Shown here: positions 10,000 through 20,402 of the stretch, piece by piece
Numbering within the stretch: position 1 is the stretch's first letter
How the letters are laid out: the number at the start of each line of letters is the position of its first letter
DNA from: Adhaeribacter swui
GTDB lineage: Bacteria > Bacteroidota > Bacteroidia > Cytophagales > Hymenobacteraceae
DNA: 64,000 nt
NCBI RefSeq assembly: GCF_014217805.1
Contig: NZ_CP055156.1
Span: 1,802,585 to 1,866,584, forward strand
Reading direction: 5' to 3'
Translations under genes and position numbers: made by a program
The notes under the pieces: generated by a model
What the model was told of the DNA's origin: nothing
Seen by the model: only the letters and a program-made list of their open reading frames with translations
Databases searched by the model: none

Positions 10000-11376
10000 A
10001 TGGCGAAAATAAAAACCTCTTACTTCTGCCAGAGTTGTGGGGCGCAATCCGCAAAATGGATTGGTCGTTGCCCAGCTTGTGGCGAATGGAATACCTACGT
10101 AGAAGAAGTACTGCAACGCGAAGAAGCAGCCGGACCAGCTTCCTGGAAATCCTCTTCGTCGCTGCAAATAGCAAACAAACCCCGGCCTATTGCCGAAATC
10201 AGCTACTCCGAAGAATTGCGCCTGGATACCCGCGACCAGGAATTAAACCGGGTTTTAGGCGGCGGCATTGTGCCGGGCTCCATGGTTTTAATTGGCGGCG
10301 AACCGGGCATTGGTAAATCTACTTTAATGCTGCAGATTGCCTTAAATTTAAAAAATCAGCGGGTACTCTACATTTCCGGCGAAGAAAGCGAACAGCAAAT
10401 AAAAATGCGGGCCGAACGCCTCGGTGCGCAACACCCCAACTGCTTTATTTTAACCGAAACCGGCACCCAAAATATATTCAAGCAAATTGAGCAACTGCAG
10501 CCCGAAGTATTAATCATCGACTCCATCCAAACTTTGCATTCGGCTTTTATCGAAAGTGGAGCGGGTAGTATTTCGCAGGTGCGGGAATGTACCGCCGAGT
10601 TGTTAAAATACGCTAAAGAAAGCGGTACGCCGGTGTTTTTAATCGGCCATATAACCAAAGAAGGTAACCTGGCCGGCCCTAAAATTCTGGAGCACATGGT
10701 AGATACCGTATTGCAGTTCGAAGGCGACCGCCACATGACTTACCGCATTTTACGTACCACGAAAAATCGTTTCGGTTCTACTTCCGAATTGGGCATTTAC
10801 GAGATGCTGGGTACTGGTTTGCGGCAGGTTAGTAATCCTTCGGAGATATTAATTTCGCAGCGCGAAGAAAACTTTAGCGGCATTACCATTGGCGCCACTC
10901 TAGAAGGCAATCGCCCTTTATTAATTGAAGTGCAAAGTTTGGTTAGCCCGGCTACCTACGGTACGCCGCAGCGTTCCAGTACTGGTTACGATGCCAAACG
11001 GTTAAATATGTTGCTGGCCGTATTGGAAAAACGCAGTGGTTTTAAGTTAGGCTTGCAAGACGTATTTTTAAACATTGCAGGTGGCATTAAAGTAGAAGAT
11101 CCGGCTATTGATTTAGCCGTGTGTGCTTCCATCCTGTCGTCGTTTGAGGATTTAGCTATTCCGCATACTACCTGCTTTGCCGCCGAGGTAGGCTTAAGTG
11201 GCGAGATCCGGGCCGTAAACCGCATCGACAACCGCATCAGCGAAGCCGAAAAGCTGGGTTTTAAAGAAATTTACATTTCTAAGTTTAATTTAAAAGGCAT
11301 CGACCAGAAGAAATTAGGTATAAAAGTAAACGCGGTAAGTAAACTGGAGGAAGTTTTAAGTTCTCTTTTTGGATAA
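10000..11376 (+). CDS. radA: DNA repair protein RadA/Sms
   Basis: N-terminal C4 zinc finger CQSCGAQSAKWIGRCPACGEWNT; Walker A GGEPGIGKST; KNRFG motif; C-terminal Lon-like domain. Confidence 0.9.
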   Translation: MAKIKTSYFCQSCGAQSAKWIGRCPACGEWNTYVEEVLQREEAAGPASWKSSSSLQIANKPRPIAEISYSEELRLDTRDQELNRVLGGGIVPGSMVLIGGEPGIGKSTLMLQIALNLKNQRVLYISGEESEQQIKMRAERLGAQHPNCFILTETGTQNIFKQIEQLQPEVLIIDSIQTLHSAFIESGAGSISQVRECTAELLKYAKESGTPVFLIGHITKEGNLAGPKILEHMVDTVLQFEGDRHMTYRILRTTKNRFGSTSELGIYEMLGTGLRQVSNPSEILISQREENFSGITIGATLEGNRPLLIEVQSLVSPATYGTPQRSSTGYDAKRLNMLLAVLEKRSGFKLGLQDVFLNIAGGIKVEDPAIDLAVCASILSSFEDLAIPHTTCFAAEVGLSGEIRAVNRIDNRISEAEKLGFKEIYISKFNLKGIDQKKLGIKVNAVSKLEEVLSSLFG

Positions 11377-11781
11377 ATAAAAGAAATTCACTTGGTTTTG
11401 GTTAGATAGGAGTATAAAAATCAAAAACTTAGGGTAAAATTACTGATTGTATTACAGGAATTTTTAAATTAGGCCGTACACACAACACTATTTTACCCGG
11501 GATTAATAAGTAGCCGTACACCAGCGGCATACCTGTACAAGAACTTTTATACATAAATAATTAATCCAATCCGACCTAAGCCCTGGTTTCCATCGCGCGA
11601 AGCCAGGGCAATTTCATATTAATGCGAAGCTTGCAACAAGAAAATGCATTTTTTAAAATTTTAGTTGAGCTTAAAGCTAGCGCAGCGTTCTAAGTAATTT
11701 TTGCAAAGCCAATTTTTAATTAGCTTTTGTAAAGCGCTATTGCGCCAAATGGGGAGCAGCAGTAGCTAAGCGCAATAGATA

Positions 11782-11957
11782 CTAGTTTGGCTGTTGAGGA
11801 CCTTTTAGCGTTCCGGTGCCGACGCAGGAGGCATGGCGCAGTGCAACGAGCCAAGGTTCGCTAAACCGTCCGAGAGAGCCAAACGAGGCCCGCCGGCCAT
11901 GAGGCAAACTCAGCCCGTTCAAATACGATGGAACCAGTAAATGGAGACGGGAACCGG
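11782..11957 (-). repeat. family A intergenic repeat, copy 2 (reverse orientation)
   Basis: Reverse complement aligns along its full length with 4361-4537. Confidence 0.85.
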
Positions 11958-12220
11958 CTCCAAGTAAATACGGAAACAAACTAAATTTTTAAAAATTTAC
12001 TTTTTAGCAGCTTGATAAAGCCGATGCAGGTTCCGGCTTTTAACCGGAGTAAAGTCACAGACTTTAACTTATAGATAGGCACAAGTTTGAAAACTTGCCC
12101 CAGAGAATGGGGAACAAGGAAACGGGAACCGGCGCCAAAACAAACAATAAAAAGTCCGTATCAAATATTTCATACCAATATTATATTGTTACTTTGTTTT
12201 ATAGAGTAACGCTTTTGTAA

Positions 12221-13249
12221 ATGGCCGTAACCGGAAAACTAACCGATGCTTTTAATTTGCTTTCTAAACTTACCTGGCAACGGGCGGGTAATATGGGGCA
12301 AGTGGTAAGCAGCTACATCTTATCGAAGCTTACCCAAAAAGCCACGCACTGGGGTAGCCCCATCAGTATTTCGTTTGAGCCTACTACCTCGTGTAATTTG
12401 CGTTGCCCCGAGTGCCCCAGCGGTTTGCGTTCGTTTACCCGACCTACCGGCATGCTGCCTGATGAGTTATTCCGGAATACCATCGACCAACTGCATCAGA
12501 AATTATTGTACTTAATTTTTTACTTTCAGGGCGAACCTTATTTGCATCCCCGCTTCCTGGAAATGGTACAGTATGCTTCTAAAAGAAAAATATACACAGC
12601 CACTTCTACCAATGCGCATTACCTTACCGAAGAAAACGCCCGCAAAACCGTAGAATCGGGTCTGGATCGGTTGATTATTTCCATCGACGGTACCAGCCAA
12701 GAAACTTACCAGGCTTACCGCGTAGGTGGCAACTTAAATAAAGTAATCGAAGGCACCCGCAACCTGATCAAGTGGAAGAAAGAGTTAAAATCCAAAACCC
12801 CTTTCGTGATTTTTCAATTTTTGGTGGTGCGGCCCAACGAACACCAGATAGCCGATGTTAAAAAACTGGCGGCGGAGTTAGGCGTAGACGATGTGTGGTT
12901 TAAAACAGCGCAAATTTACGATTATGCGCAAGGTTCGCCGTTAATACCTACTATAGATTATTACTCGCGGTACCAGAATACCGGCAACGGTACGTATCAG
13001 ATTAAAAATAAATTGCTTAATCATTGCTGGCGCATGTGGCATTCCTGCGTTATAACCTGGGACGGCCTGGTAGTACCCTGTTGTTTTGACAAAGACGCCG
13101 AATACCGCATGGGTGATTTAAAAACCGAAAGTTTCCGGGCTTTGTGGCGCGGCACGCATTATCAGAAATTCCGGGGAGCCGTTTTAAAATCGCGGAGCCA
13201 GGTAGAAATGTGCCGGAATTGCACCGAAGGCACCAAGGTGTGGGGATAA
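12221..13249 (+). CDS. radical SAM protein with C-terminal SPASM-like Cys cluster
   Basis: CxxxCxxC motif CNLRCPEC within SFEPTTSCNLRCPECPSG; C-terminal Cys-rich CW..C..W.G..VPCCFD...CRNC consistent with SPASM/twitch auxiliary cluster. Confidence 0.7.
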   Translation: MAVTGKLTDAFNLLSKLTWQRAGNMGQVVSSYILSKLTQKATHWGSPISISFEPTTSCNLRCPECPSGLRSFTRPTGMLPDELFRNTIDQLHQKLLYLIFYFQGEPYLHPRFLEMVQYASKRKIYTATSTNAHYLTEENARKTVESGLDRLIISIDGTSQETYQAYRVGGNLNKVIEGTRNLIKWKKELKSKTPFVIFQFLVVRPNEHQIADVKKLAAELGVDDVWFKTAQIYDYAQGSPLIPTIDYYSRYQNTGNGTYQIKNKLLNHCWRMWHSCVITWDGLVVPCCFDKDAEYRMGDLKTESFRALWRGTHYQKFRGAVLKSRSQVEMCRNCTEGTKVWG

Positions 13250-13336
13250 AAAGGTAACTAGCCGCCGGATTTTTAAAAATTTAAAAATAACTTACCTGGC
13301 CTTTTCAGCAGTTGAGCGGCTTAACAGCTTTTATCC

Positions 13337-13756
13337 ATGGATCCTAAATTAATTACCATTGCTACTTTTCCGGATGCTTTAAAGGCCCAGATCATGCGCG
13401 GTCGTTTAGAAGCCGAAGGTATTCCGGCTTTTATTGCCGATGAACATACCATTACCAACCAGCCCTTTTTGTACATGGCTTACGGCGGCGTGCGCCTGCA
13501 GGTAACGGAACAAGACCGCGATCGTGCCCTAACCGTATTAAATACCAGTGAGGCCTTTGCGGTAGAAAATACACCGGAGTACTTCCCGGATCAATGCCCC
13601 AACTGCCATTCCGATAAAGTAAAAGAAACAACCTCGGCAGCAAAGCCATCGTTATTAACTTTTCTCCGCAATGCACTTACTGCCCGTCCCAGCCAGCCTT
13701 TGGTCCGGCGGTTTACCTGTCAAAATTGCGGTTACAAATGGATCATGGAAAATTAA
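13337..13756 (+). CDS. DUF2007-like (putative signal-transducing) protein with C-terminal zinc ribbon
   Basis: N-terminal ~70 aa resembles DUF2007; C-terminus has CPNC...CQNC zinc-ribbon pairs. Confidence 0.55.
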   Translation: MDPKLITIATFPDALKAQIMRGRLEAEGIPAFIADEHTITNQPFLYMAYGGVRLQVTEQDRDRALTVLNTSEAFAVENTPEYFPDQCPNCHSDKVKETTSAAKPSLLTFLRNALTARPSQPLVRRFTCQNCGYKWIMEN

Positions 13757-13760
13757 CTAA

Positions 13761-14717
13761 ATGACCGAATTGGAAGAAGCGCTCAGTCTGTTAATTAAAA
13801 AGCTGGAAATTTGGATGAAGCAACTGGTTTTGATGTTGCCTAATCTGATTATTGCTTTAGTGCTATTAGTAATTACTTTTTACGTAGCCCGGCAAATGCG
13901 CCGGTTTTCCGAAAAATTACTGACTCGGGTATCGCACAGTGCAGCGCTTAATAATTTGTTTGCTACCATGGTGCAAACGGGGGCTTTGTTGCTGGGTATT
14001 TTCTTTGTGCTTACTATTTTAAAGCTCGACAAAACCGTTACTACCATGCTGGCTGGGGTAGGTATTATTGGGTTAGCCTTGGGTTTAGCTTTTCAGGATA
14101 TTGCTACCAATTTTATTTCGGGGGTAATTATAGCGGTGCGTAAGCCCTTTACCGTAGGCGATGTAATTGAAACCAACGAGTACTTTGGCACCATCGAACG
14201 CATTAACATGCGCACCATTGATTTGCGCCGCGTAACCGGCGAATTAGTGAAAGTGCCTAACCGGAAAGTGTTCGAAAGTGTAATGGTTAACTTCACGTAC
14301 TACGGCATCCGGCGTATTGATATTAAAATGCGTGTTTCGTACGCCGAAGATTTAGAACGGGTGCAGGCGTTGGTAAAAGCTTGTGTAACCGGTATTAAAG
14401 GCATGATTGAGAACCGCGAGGTAGAAGTAGTTTACGAAGAGTTCGGGGATAGCTCGGTTAACTTTTTGGTGCGGTTCTGGATTCAGTACAAACGCCAAAC
14501 CGATTATGTGCACGCCCGTAGCGCGGCCATTATTAAAATCAAAAAAGCTTTCGACGATAATCACATTCAAATTCCGTTTCCGATCCGTACCCTGGATTTT
14601 GCTGGCAAAGCGGGCGAAACTCTAAATCAGCAGTTAAAAGAAACCCTGGAAGAAGTTCGCGAAAGTAGCCGGAATAAAGCTTCGCAAAATGGCAAAAAAG
14701 AAGCGGAAGATTCATGA
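13761..14717 (+). CDS. mechanosensitive ion channel family protein (MscS-like)
   Basis: 3 N-terminal TM helices, then MscS beta-domain VAVRKPFTVGDVIE..GTIERINMRTIDLR..GELVKVPN. Confidence 0.85.
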   Translation: MTELEEALSLLIKKLEIWMKQLVLMLPNLIIALVLLVITFYVARQMRRFSEKLLTRVSHSAALNNLFATMVQTGALLLGIFFVLTILKLDKTVTTMLAGVGIIGLALGLAFQDIATNFISGVIIAVRKPFTVGDVIETNEYFGTIERINMRTIDLRRVTGELVKVPNRKVFESVMVNFTYYGIRRIDIKMRVSYAEDLERVQALVKACVTGIKGMIENREVEVVYEEFGDSSVNFLVRFWIQYKRQTDYVHARSAAIIKIKKAFDDNHIQIPFPIRTLDFAGKAGETLNQQLKETLEEVRESSRNKASQNGKKEAEDS

Positions 14718-14735
14718 ACCTGCCGCTTTTTAAAA
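14701..14735 (+). terminator. possible weak terminator after MscS gene
   Basis: aagcgg-N18-ccgcttttttaaaaaa overlapping the stop codon. Confidence 0.35.
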
Positions 14736-14815
14736 AATCAGTACTGTTACTAATTTATACTAGTTTTATTTTGACTATTAGCATGGAATAAGAAATAACA
14801 AATTTCTTCTGACAA

Positions 14816-15178
14816 TTACGTTGTTTTATCCAGCTTCTTGCCTAGGTTTTCTACTTCTACTAAAAAGGCATCTACTTCCGAGTCGGCCATGGGGCCATAC
14901 GAGTTACTGATCGTGCCTTTGGTGCCATCGTTGCATTCAATAGCGTACAAAATAGACATGTCATCCGGATCGGTTTCGCCCTCAAAGCGGAAGAAATTGA
15001 CGATGCGCACGTCTTCTACTCCGTAGGTTTTATCGCTGTTGAGTAAACATAAACGACCATCCGATACCCGGAAATCTTCGGTAAAGCCTTCGCTGTTTAA
15101 ACGGGCTTCTACTTTAACCATGGTAGTTAATTCTTCTTTATCTTGCATAAGTTTATAATTTTTAAATTTATAGGCCAA
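14816..15178 (-). CDS. hypothetical protein
   Basis: 120-aa ORF with plausible upstream AT-rich region; no motif recognised. Confidence 0.5.
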   Translation of the reverse strand: MAYKFKNYKLMQDKEELTTMVKVEARLNSEGFTEDFRVSDGRLCLLNSDKTYGVEDVRIVNFFRFEGETDPDDMSILYAIECNDGTKGTISNSYGPMADSEVDAFLVEVENLGKKLDKTT

Positions 15179-15390
15179 TTAAAAAATAGAGATAGACGCT
15201 ATACGCAAAAACCAGAATTTGTTCTATGGCGCCTATGGTTTTTTCAAAGGTAATGGTAAAATTACGGGTACTTAGCTCTATTAATGGTCAGTAATCTTAT
15301 TTGCTACTTACGTACTACCGGTTTTTTGTATGCGTAATTTTCACAGAAATTAAAAATAAATTAAAATTTAGCGTGCCTTTATTTATAGTT

Positions 15391-15840
15391 ATGCAGCATA
15401 AAATACTTTATCTTTTACTTAGTCTGTTGCCCTGGAGCAGTGCTCTGGCTCAAAATAACCAAATAGATACTACTGGTTCGGCGGCCGTTTTGCAGGTATT
15501 GAGCAACCAGGTAGCCGCCTGGAATAAAGGCGATATTAATAACTTTATGCGCACCTACTGGAATTCGCCGGATTTGGTTTTTGTGTCGGGTACTACAGTA
15601 ACCAAAGGCTGGGAACCAACTTTGGCGCGTTATAAGCGAGTATACGATTCGCGGGCTAAAATGGGAACGCTACAATTTACTAATCTAAAGGTAAGTGCGT
15701 TAGCTGGTGATTCGGCTACGGTTTTAGGTAACTGGGCTTTAACACGGGCCAACGATCACCCAAACGGCGAGTTTATTTTAAAATTCCGGAAGATAAATGA
15801 CCAATGGTTCATTGTGCGCGATCAAACCAAGCAATATTAA
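15391..15840 (+). CDS. secreted SnoaL-like/DUF4440-like (NTF2 fold) protein
   Basis: Start moved to the internal Met (MQHKILYLLLSLLPWSSALAQ signal peptide). The track ORF start at 15301 is upstream of the signal peptide. Confidence 0.6.
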   Translation: MQHKILYLLLSLLPWSSALAQNNQIDTTGSAAVLQVLSNQVAAWNKGDINNFMRTYWNSPDLVFVSGTTVTKGWEPTLARYKRVYDSRAKMGTLQFTNLKVSALAGDSATVLGNWALTRANDHPNGEFILKFRKINDQWFIVRDQTKQY

Positions 15841-15922
15841 TTACCAAGGGAGCTTTAACGCAAAAGGAATAACCGCTTTTTGTAAGCAAAGGGTTAAATG
15901 AAAAAAGTAAAAATTTAAAAAA

Positions 15923-16111
15923 TTATCGGAGCGAGGTAGATTTGGTTTCCAGGTCTTTTTTAATTTTTTCGAAATCGATGGAAGAACAGGCGCCGCCGCA
16001 ACCTTTGGCGCAACCCCCACCCGCTTTCGGCCGGAAATTAGCGATAACCAAGCGGATAACGTACGCGGCAGCTAAAGCAAAAACAATAAATATAATAATC
16101 TCCTGTACCAT
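15923..16111 (-). CDS. FeoB-associated Cys-rich small membrane protein family
   Basis: 62 aa: one TM helix followed by GGGCAKGCGGAC Cys-Gly cluster, matching the FeoB-associated Cys-rich membrane protein pattern; no feoB adjacent. Confidence 0.55.
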   Translation of the reverse strand: MVQEIIIFIVFALAAAYVIRLVIANFRPKAGGGCAKGCGGACSSIDFEKIKKDLETKSTSLR

Positions 16112-16324
16112 TAATAAGTAAGCTGTTGTAAGTACTAGGTGGTTGTAAAGTGATAACTAATTTTTGCTACTATCTTATTTATATTTAGAAGCAACACCTT
16201 CCCTACCTGAAACGTGCTTTCTTATTAACTAATTGCCTCCCCAAAAAGTTTAGCAGTAGTTTATGAAAGATTGTAGCCCATTATGTAAGAGCTATAAAAA
16301 CTCATAACTTTTAACTTATAATAA

Positions 16325-17116
16325 CTACCAATACTGGGCAATTACCTGCAGCATTTCGCCGTGAACCCGGCCGTTGCTGGCTACTATTTCGCGGTCGAAT
16401 ACCGGGTCGCCGTTGTTGTCGGTAAACATACTTACGTAACCTCCGGCCTCGCGTACCAAAATTACGCCCGCAGCCACATCGTACGAATTTAAATTAAATT
16501 CAAAAAAACCTTCGAAAATACCTTTGGCCACGTAGGCTAAATCAATAGCGGCAGAACCCAACCGACGTACTCCGTGTGATTGCTGCATGTAGGCTTTTAA
16601 AATTTGCAGGTAGGTGTCGGTTTTGCCGAAATCAGTATACGGATAGCCCGTTACAATCAACGAATCCGATAATTTTTCTACGCCGGATACGTGGATGGGA
16701 CGGTCGTTACAAAAAGCTCCTCCTCCTTTGGTAGCGTAAAAACATTCGTCGTGGCTTACCTCGTAAATTACGCCCAGCACAATCTCAGAATGCTGCATTA
16801 ATCCAATGCTGATGGAGAAAAGTGGCAAACCGTGCATAAAGTTGGTAGTGCCATCCAGGGGGTCGATGATCCAGTTGTATTCGGCGCCCCGTTCGGTTAC
16901 GGTACCTTCTTCGGTAATAAAACCAGCTTCGGGTAAAATTTGCTGCAATTCTTTCACTAATTGCTCTTCGGCTTGCTTATCTACGTACGATACCAAATCG
17001 TTTAAACCTTTGTGCTCAATCTTGCTGCGGTCGAAAGACTGGGCTTCGGCCCGGATAAAAGCCCCGGTGGTTTTGGTAATAGCAATTACTTTTTGGCAAA
17101 GTTCAGAAAGCTGCAT
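16325..17116 (-). CDS. inositol monophosphatase family protein (SuhB-like)
   Basis: WIIDPLDGTTNFMHGLP and metal-binding EEG..DP motifs of the IMPase family. Confidence 0.85.
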   Translation of the reverse strand: MQLSELCQKVIAITKTTGAFIRAEAQSFDRSKIEHKGLNDLVSYVDKQAEEQLVKELQQILPEAGFITEEGTVTERGAEYNWIIDPLDGTTNFMHGLPLFSISIGLMQHSEIVLGVIYEVSHDECFYATKGGGAFCNDRPIHVSGVEKLSDSLIVTGYPYTDFGKTDTYLQILKAYMQQSHGVRRLGSAAIDLAYVAKGIFEGFFEFNLNSYDVAAGVILVREAGGYVSMFTDNNGDPVFDREIVASNGRVHGEMLQVIAQYW

Positions 17117-17215
17117 ACAACAAATATTTTAAAAATTTAAAAAACAAACTAAGTGAAAGAATTACTGCGAAGCGGTGCAAAGGTTATGAATACTCCGGAA
17201 TATTTTGGTATCGGG

Positions 17216-18430
17216 CTACAAATTTGTTTTAAGTTGTTTTCTTTTCTCCTGATAGTAAATAAAAGCCGCCCGTACTCCCAACAATAACACCAAAGGAAAA
17301 AACGCCGGGTGGTACTCCTGGGGCAGCCAACGCCACGTTATTAGTAACAAGGCCATTAAACCGGCAGTTAATAAAAAGTAAATTTTTAAAAAATGCGGCG
17401 TTTTTCTCCGGAGTAAGAGCAAAGCTACGGGTAAGTGCAGAGGTATAGTCCAGAGTAAATTTAAATTTTGCGCAAAAGCTTTGTAATCGCTGCTTGTCGT
17501 CAGAAACAGTATCACGCAGCCTAACACCCCCACTACGCTGAAAAGAACTACATCAAAACTATAATCCGGGCGTTTCTGCCGCCATTGATAGCCGGTAAGC
17601 ACGACTCCAAACACCAGTAAAGCCCAGCAAATAATACCTGGCCGAAGGGGTACTGGTACTTCCGTAGGTGGATTAGCTTTAAACAGAGTAGCAACAGGTT
17701 GCGCAAATGGGGCATTGCCGCTCTGGCCTTGCAAGGTGGCTTTGGCAAAGCCTTCCTGCAAATAATCCGGGATAAACATGTATTCGGTGGCAGAGGCTTT
17801 CCGGTCGCTGGTGGCGCCCATGGCTAAATCCACCCCAAAATCGGCCCACGGCAAAGGGCTTTGGTAAATGCCTACAATTTGCCGGAAGCTTAGCTGTTTT
17901 TGATTTAAAGCCGGATTAAACCGCAAACTATCGCCCAAGGTTTTCTGAAATACATCGCGGATGCGGGTGGCGCAGTTATCAAAAAAGAAATCGTAATAAT
18001 ACTCGCGGTTTTCGGGTAAATAGTTGGTTTGTAAAAATTGAAAAACCGCATTTTTCTGCGGCAAGGTTAAGTTTAATACCTGCTCGTACACCGACCGGTT
18101 ATAATATTGGTAAGCGGCTAAAAAATCGGAAAAGTTAGATACAGCTAGCTTGTATTTTAATTTACCCATTACAAATTTAGGGTAAAAGTTGGGCGTGCTA
18201 AAGTCGAAAGTGCCGTAGTTAAAAACGTAGTCTATGCCATAACTGGGGTCATTGATCCGGATGGCGCTGTGCCCGTACATGGAGTATAACTCGTCGCCGG
18301 GCGAGCAGGTAATTAAGCTAATACGCGCCTGCGGCGATAAACTTTGCGCCTGACCCGGAACCAAGCCGAAACCAAAAAATACCAAAATAACTAGTAGCCA
18401 CTTGTTTATAAAAAAGCACGAAGCAGTCAT
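17216..18430 (-). CDS. DUF4105 domain (Lnb N-terminal periplasmic domain)-like membrane protein
   Basis: ISLITCSPGDELYSMYGHSAIRIND motif typical of DUF4105; C-terminal multi-TM region. Confidence 0.6.
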   Translation of the reverse strand: MTASCFFINKWLLVILVFFGFGLVPGQAQSLSPQARISLITCSPGDELYSMYGHSAIRINDPSYGIDYVFNYGTFDFSTPNFYPKFVMGKLKYKLAVSNFSDFLAAYQYYNRSVYEQVLNLTLPQKNAVFQFLQTNYLPENREYYYDFFFDNCATRIRDVFQKTLGDSLRFNPALNQKQLSFRQIVGIYQSPLPWADFGVDLAMGATSDRKASATEYMFIPDYLQEGFAKATLQGQSGNAPFAQPVATLFKANPPTEVPVPLRPGIICWALLVFGVVLTGYQWRQKRPDYSFDVVLFSVVGVLGCVILFLTTSSDYKAFAQNLNLLWTIPLHLPVALLLLRRKTPHFLKIYFLLTAGLMALLLITWRWLPQEYHPAFFPLVLLLGVRAAFIYYQEKRKQLKTNL

Positions 18431-18553
18431 GAATAAATTTTAAAATTGTAAACGTAAAAGAGCGAAAATAAATGTAAAAATACGCTTTGTTAATTCAACC
18501 TACCGGAACAAGCGGGTAAAGTTATTATGGGCTTTTACCTTTTTGCTTAGAGC

Positions 18554-19618
18554 TTACCTGATTTTATGATGCGCTTTCACTTTTTTCAAAAATACGGTTA
18601 AATCCTGGATAAACTGTTGCGGGCTTTCATAATGGATGTTATGTCCGGTATCGGGATATATTTTATGAGTAATAAACGCCGGATGCTGCTTTTGCAAAGC
18701 GCTATTTTCTTCTTCAAAAGGCATAAAATCGTTTTCACTCACCGGATCTAGAATTAAAACAGGCACATTTAAATTACGATACACAATTTTAGGCTCCAGT
18801 ATCGACATAGACTCCGCAAAAAGAGGCGCCCGCGTAAAACGAAGAATATTATTAGACCATTGTTTGGCAAAGCGCATATGAAACAAATCTATAACTCCCG
18901 GACTGATAGCCCAACGGTCTTTCCTGTTTTTCGTGATCCAAGCCAGTAAGTTAAATTGATTACCACCCGAGCTAGTATCGTAATTAGCATAGTAAGCTTC
19001 CAATTCGCTGGCATAGGAAGTATCGGCGGGCCAATCTTTTTCGATTTTCCGTAAAGTACTATCTAACTTCTCCGGACTCATTTGGTGGTAATAGGTATTC
19101 ATGTTTACCGATCCCCCATCTTCTAATACTAAACCCAGAACCCGGTTAGGATAAGCATCATAAAAAGCCGTGCTGATATAGCCACCCCGGGACCACCCGC
19201 CTACAATCGCTTTTTCGATTTTTAGCTTATCCATTAATTCTTTTAAATCGTCGGCGATGTGGTATAAGGATACTTCGTGCGGCGGAATGGGGGTTTGCCC
19301 GTGCCCATAATAATCAATAGCAATAACGTAATAACCGGCTTTTACCAGGTTGGGCGCCACATCAAAAAGTTCGTAACCGTTCGTTAAACTACCATGCGAC
19401 CAGATGAGAGGGGTACCGGATGCATTGCCCCAGGTTAGATAGTGCATCCGGGTATTTTTAGTTTGAATAAATGCTCCGTGTTCTTTTTCGAAGCGCGTAA
19501 ATTCGGCTTTGGCTTCTTTATACAGGGCTTTAGCTCGCTCCAGAATAGGCGTTTTATTTTGAGCATTTAATACGAATGCGGGCAACAGGAGTAGCAAGGC
19601 AAAGAAACAAAATCTCAT
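18554..19618 (-). CDS. secreted alpha/beta hydrolase
   Basis: Signal peptide; nucleophile elbow GGWSRGG; HG oxyanion-like IWSHGS. Confidence 0.75.
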   Translation of the reverse strand: MRFCFFALLLLLPAFVLNAQNKTPILERAKALYKEAKAEFTRFEKEHGAFIQTKNTRMHYLTWGNASGTPLIWSHGSLTNGYELFDVAPNLVKAGYYVIAIDYYGHGQTPIPPHEVSLYHIADDLKELMDKLKIEKAIVGGWSRGGYISTAFYDAYPNRVLGLVLEDGGSVNMNTYYHQMSPEKLDSTLRKIEKDWPADTSYASELEAYYANYDTSSGGNQFNLLAWITKNRKDRWAISPGVIDLFHMRFAKQWSNNILRFTRAPLFAESMSILEPKIVYRNLNVPVLILDPVSENDFMPFEEENSALQKQHPAFITHKIYPDTGHNIHYESPQQFIQDLTVFLKKVKAHHKIR

Positions 19619-19715
19619 GGGCAGGATAGCGAATTTTGTTCAACAGGAAGGGCTGTTTTTTAAAATTTAACAGCATTCATGATTTAAATAAACCCTGATT
19701 TTTTCGTATCAAAAT

Positions 19716-20402
19716 TTACTTTAGACCTTCCAGCACCAGCACAAATTCGCCTTTAATGGCTTTTTGTTGAAAAATTGCGATCACTTCCTGTAGCGATCCG
19801 GTTATGGTTTCTTCAAACATTTTGGTAAGCTCACGCGAAACCGATACCTGCCGTTCCTCTCCAAAAATTTCTTTAAACTGCTCCAAGGTTTTGAGTAAGC
19901 GGTGCGGCGATTCGTAAAAAATCATCGTGCGTTCTTCGGCGGCCAAGCTTTGCAGGCGGGTTTGCCGGCCCTTTTTAATAGGTAAAAACCCTTCGAAGGT
20001 AAACCGCTCTGAGCTAAAACCTGATTTTACCAGTGCCGGCACAAAAGCTGTGGGGCCGGGCAAACATTCTACGGCTACCCCATTTTTCAAGCATTCACGC
20101 ACCAGTAAAAAACCTGGGTCCGAAATAGCAGGCGTACCCGCATCCGAAACTAAGGCCATTTTCTCGCCATCGAGCATGCGTTGCACTAAGTGCGCGGCAG
20201 CTTTGTGTTCGTTGTGCAGGTGGTGGCTGTGCATGCGTTTTTCAATACCCAAGTGCTGCAATAATTTGCCGCTGGTACGAGTGTCTTCGGCCAGAATCGT
20301 GTCTACTTCTTTTAAAATGCGAATAGCCCGCAAGGTAATATCTTCGAGGTTGCCGATGGGCGTTGGCACCAGGTACAACCTGGTTTCGTGGGTAGTTGCC
20401 AT
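19716..20402 (-). CDS. rsmI: 16S rRNA (cytidine1402-2'-O)-methyltransferase
   Basis: LYLVPTPIGNLEDITLRAIRILKEVDTILAEDTR tetrapyrrole-methylase-like RsmI N-terminus. Confidence 0.85.
   Translation of the reverse strand: MATTHETRLYLVPTPIGNLEDITLRAIRILKEVDTILAEDTRTSGKLLQHLGIEKRMHSHHLHNEHKAAAHLVQRMLDGEKMALVSDAGTPAISDPGFLLVRECLKNGVAVECLPGPTAFVPALVKSGFSSERFTFEGFLPIKKGRQTRLQSLAAEERTMIFYESPHRLLKTLEQFKEIFGEERQVSVSRELTKMFEETITGSLQEVIAIFQQKAIKGEFVLVLEGLK

Noticed and set aside
11782-11979. Small ORFs 11782..11979 (-) and 55365..55589 (+) with similar peptides (..GLSLPHGRRASF..)
   Set aside because: Both lie inside copies of repeat family A. Their similarity reflects the repeat and they are not conserved coding sequence.
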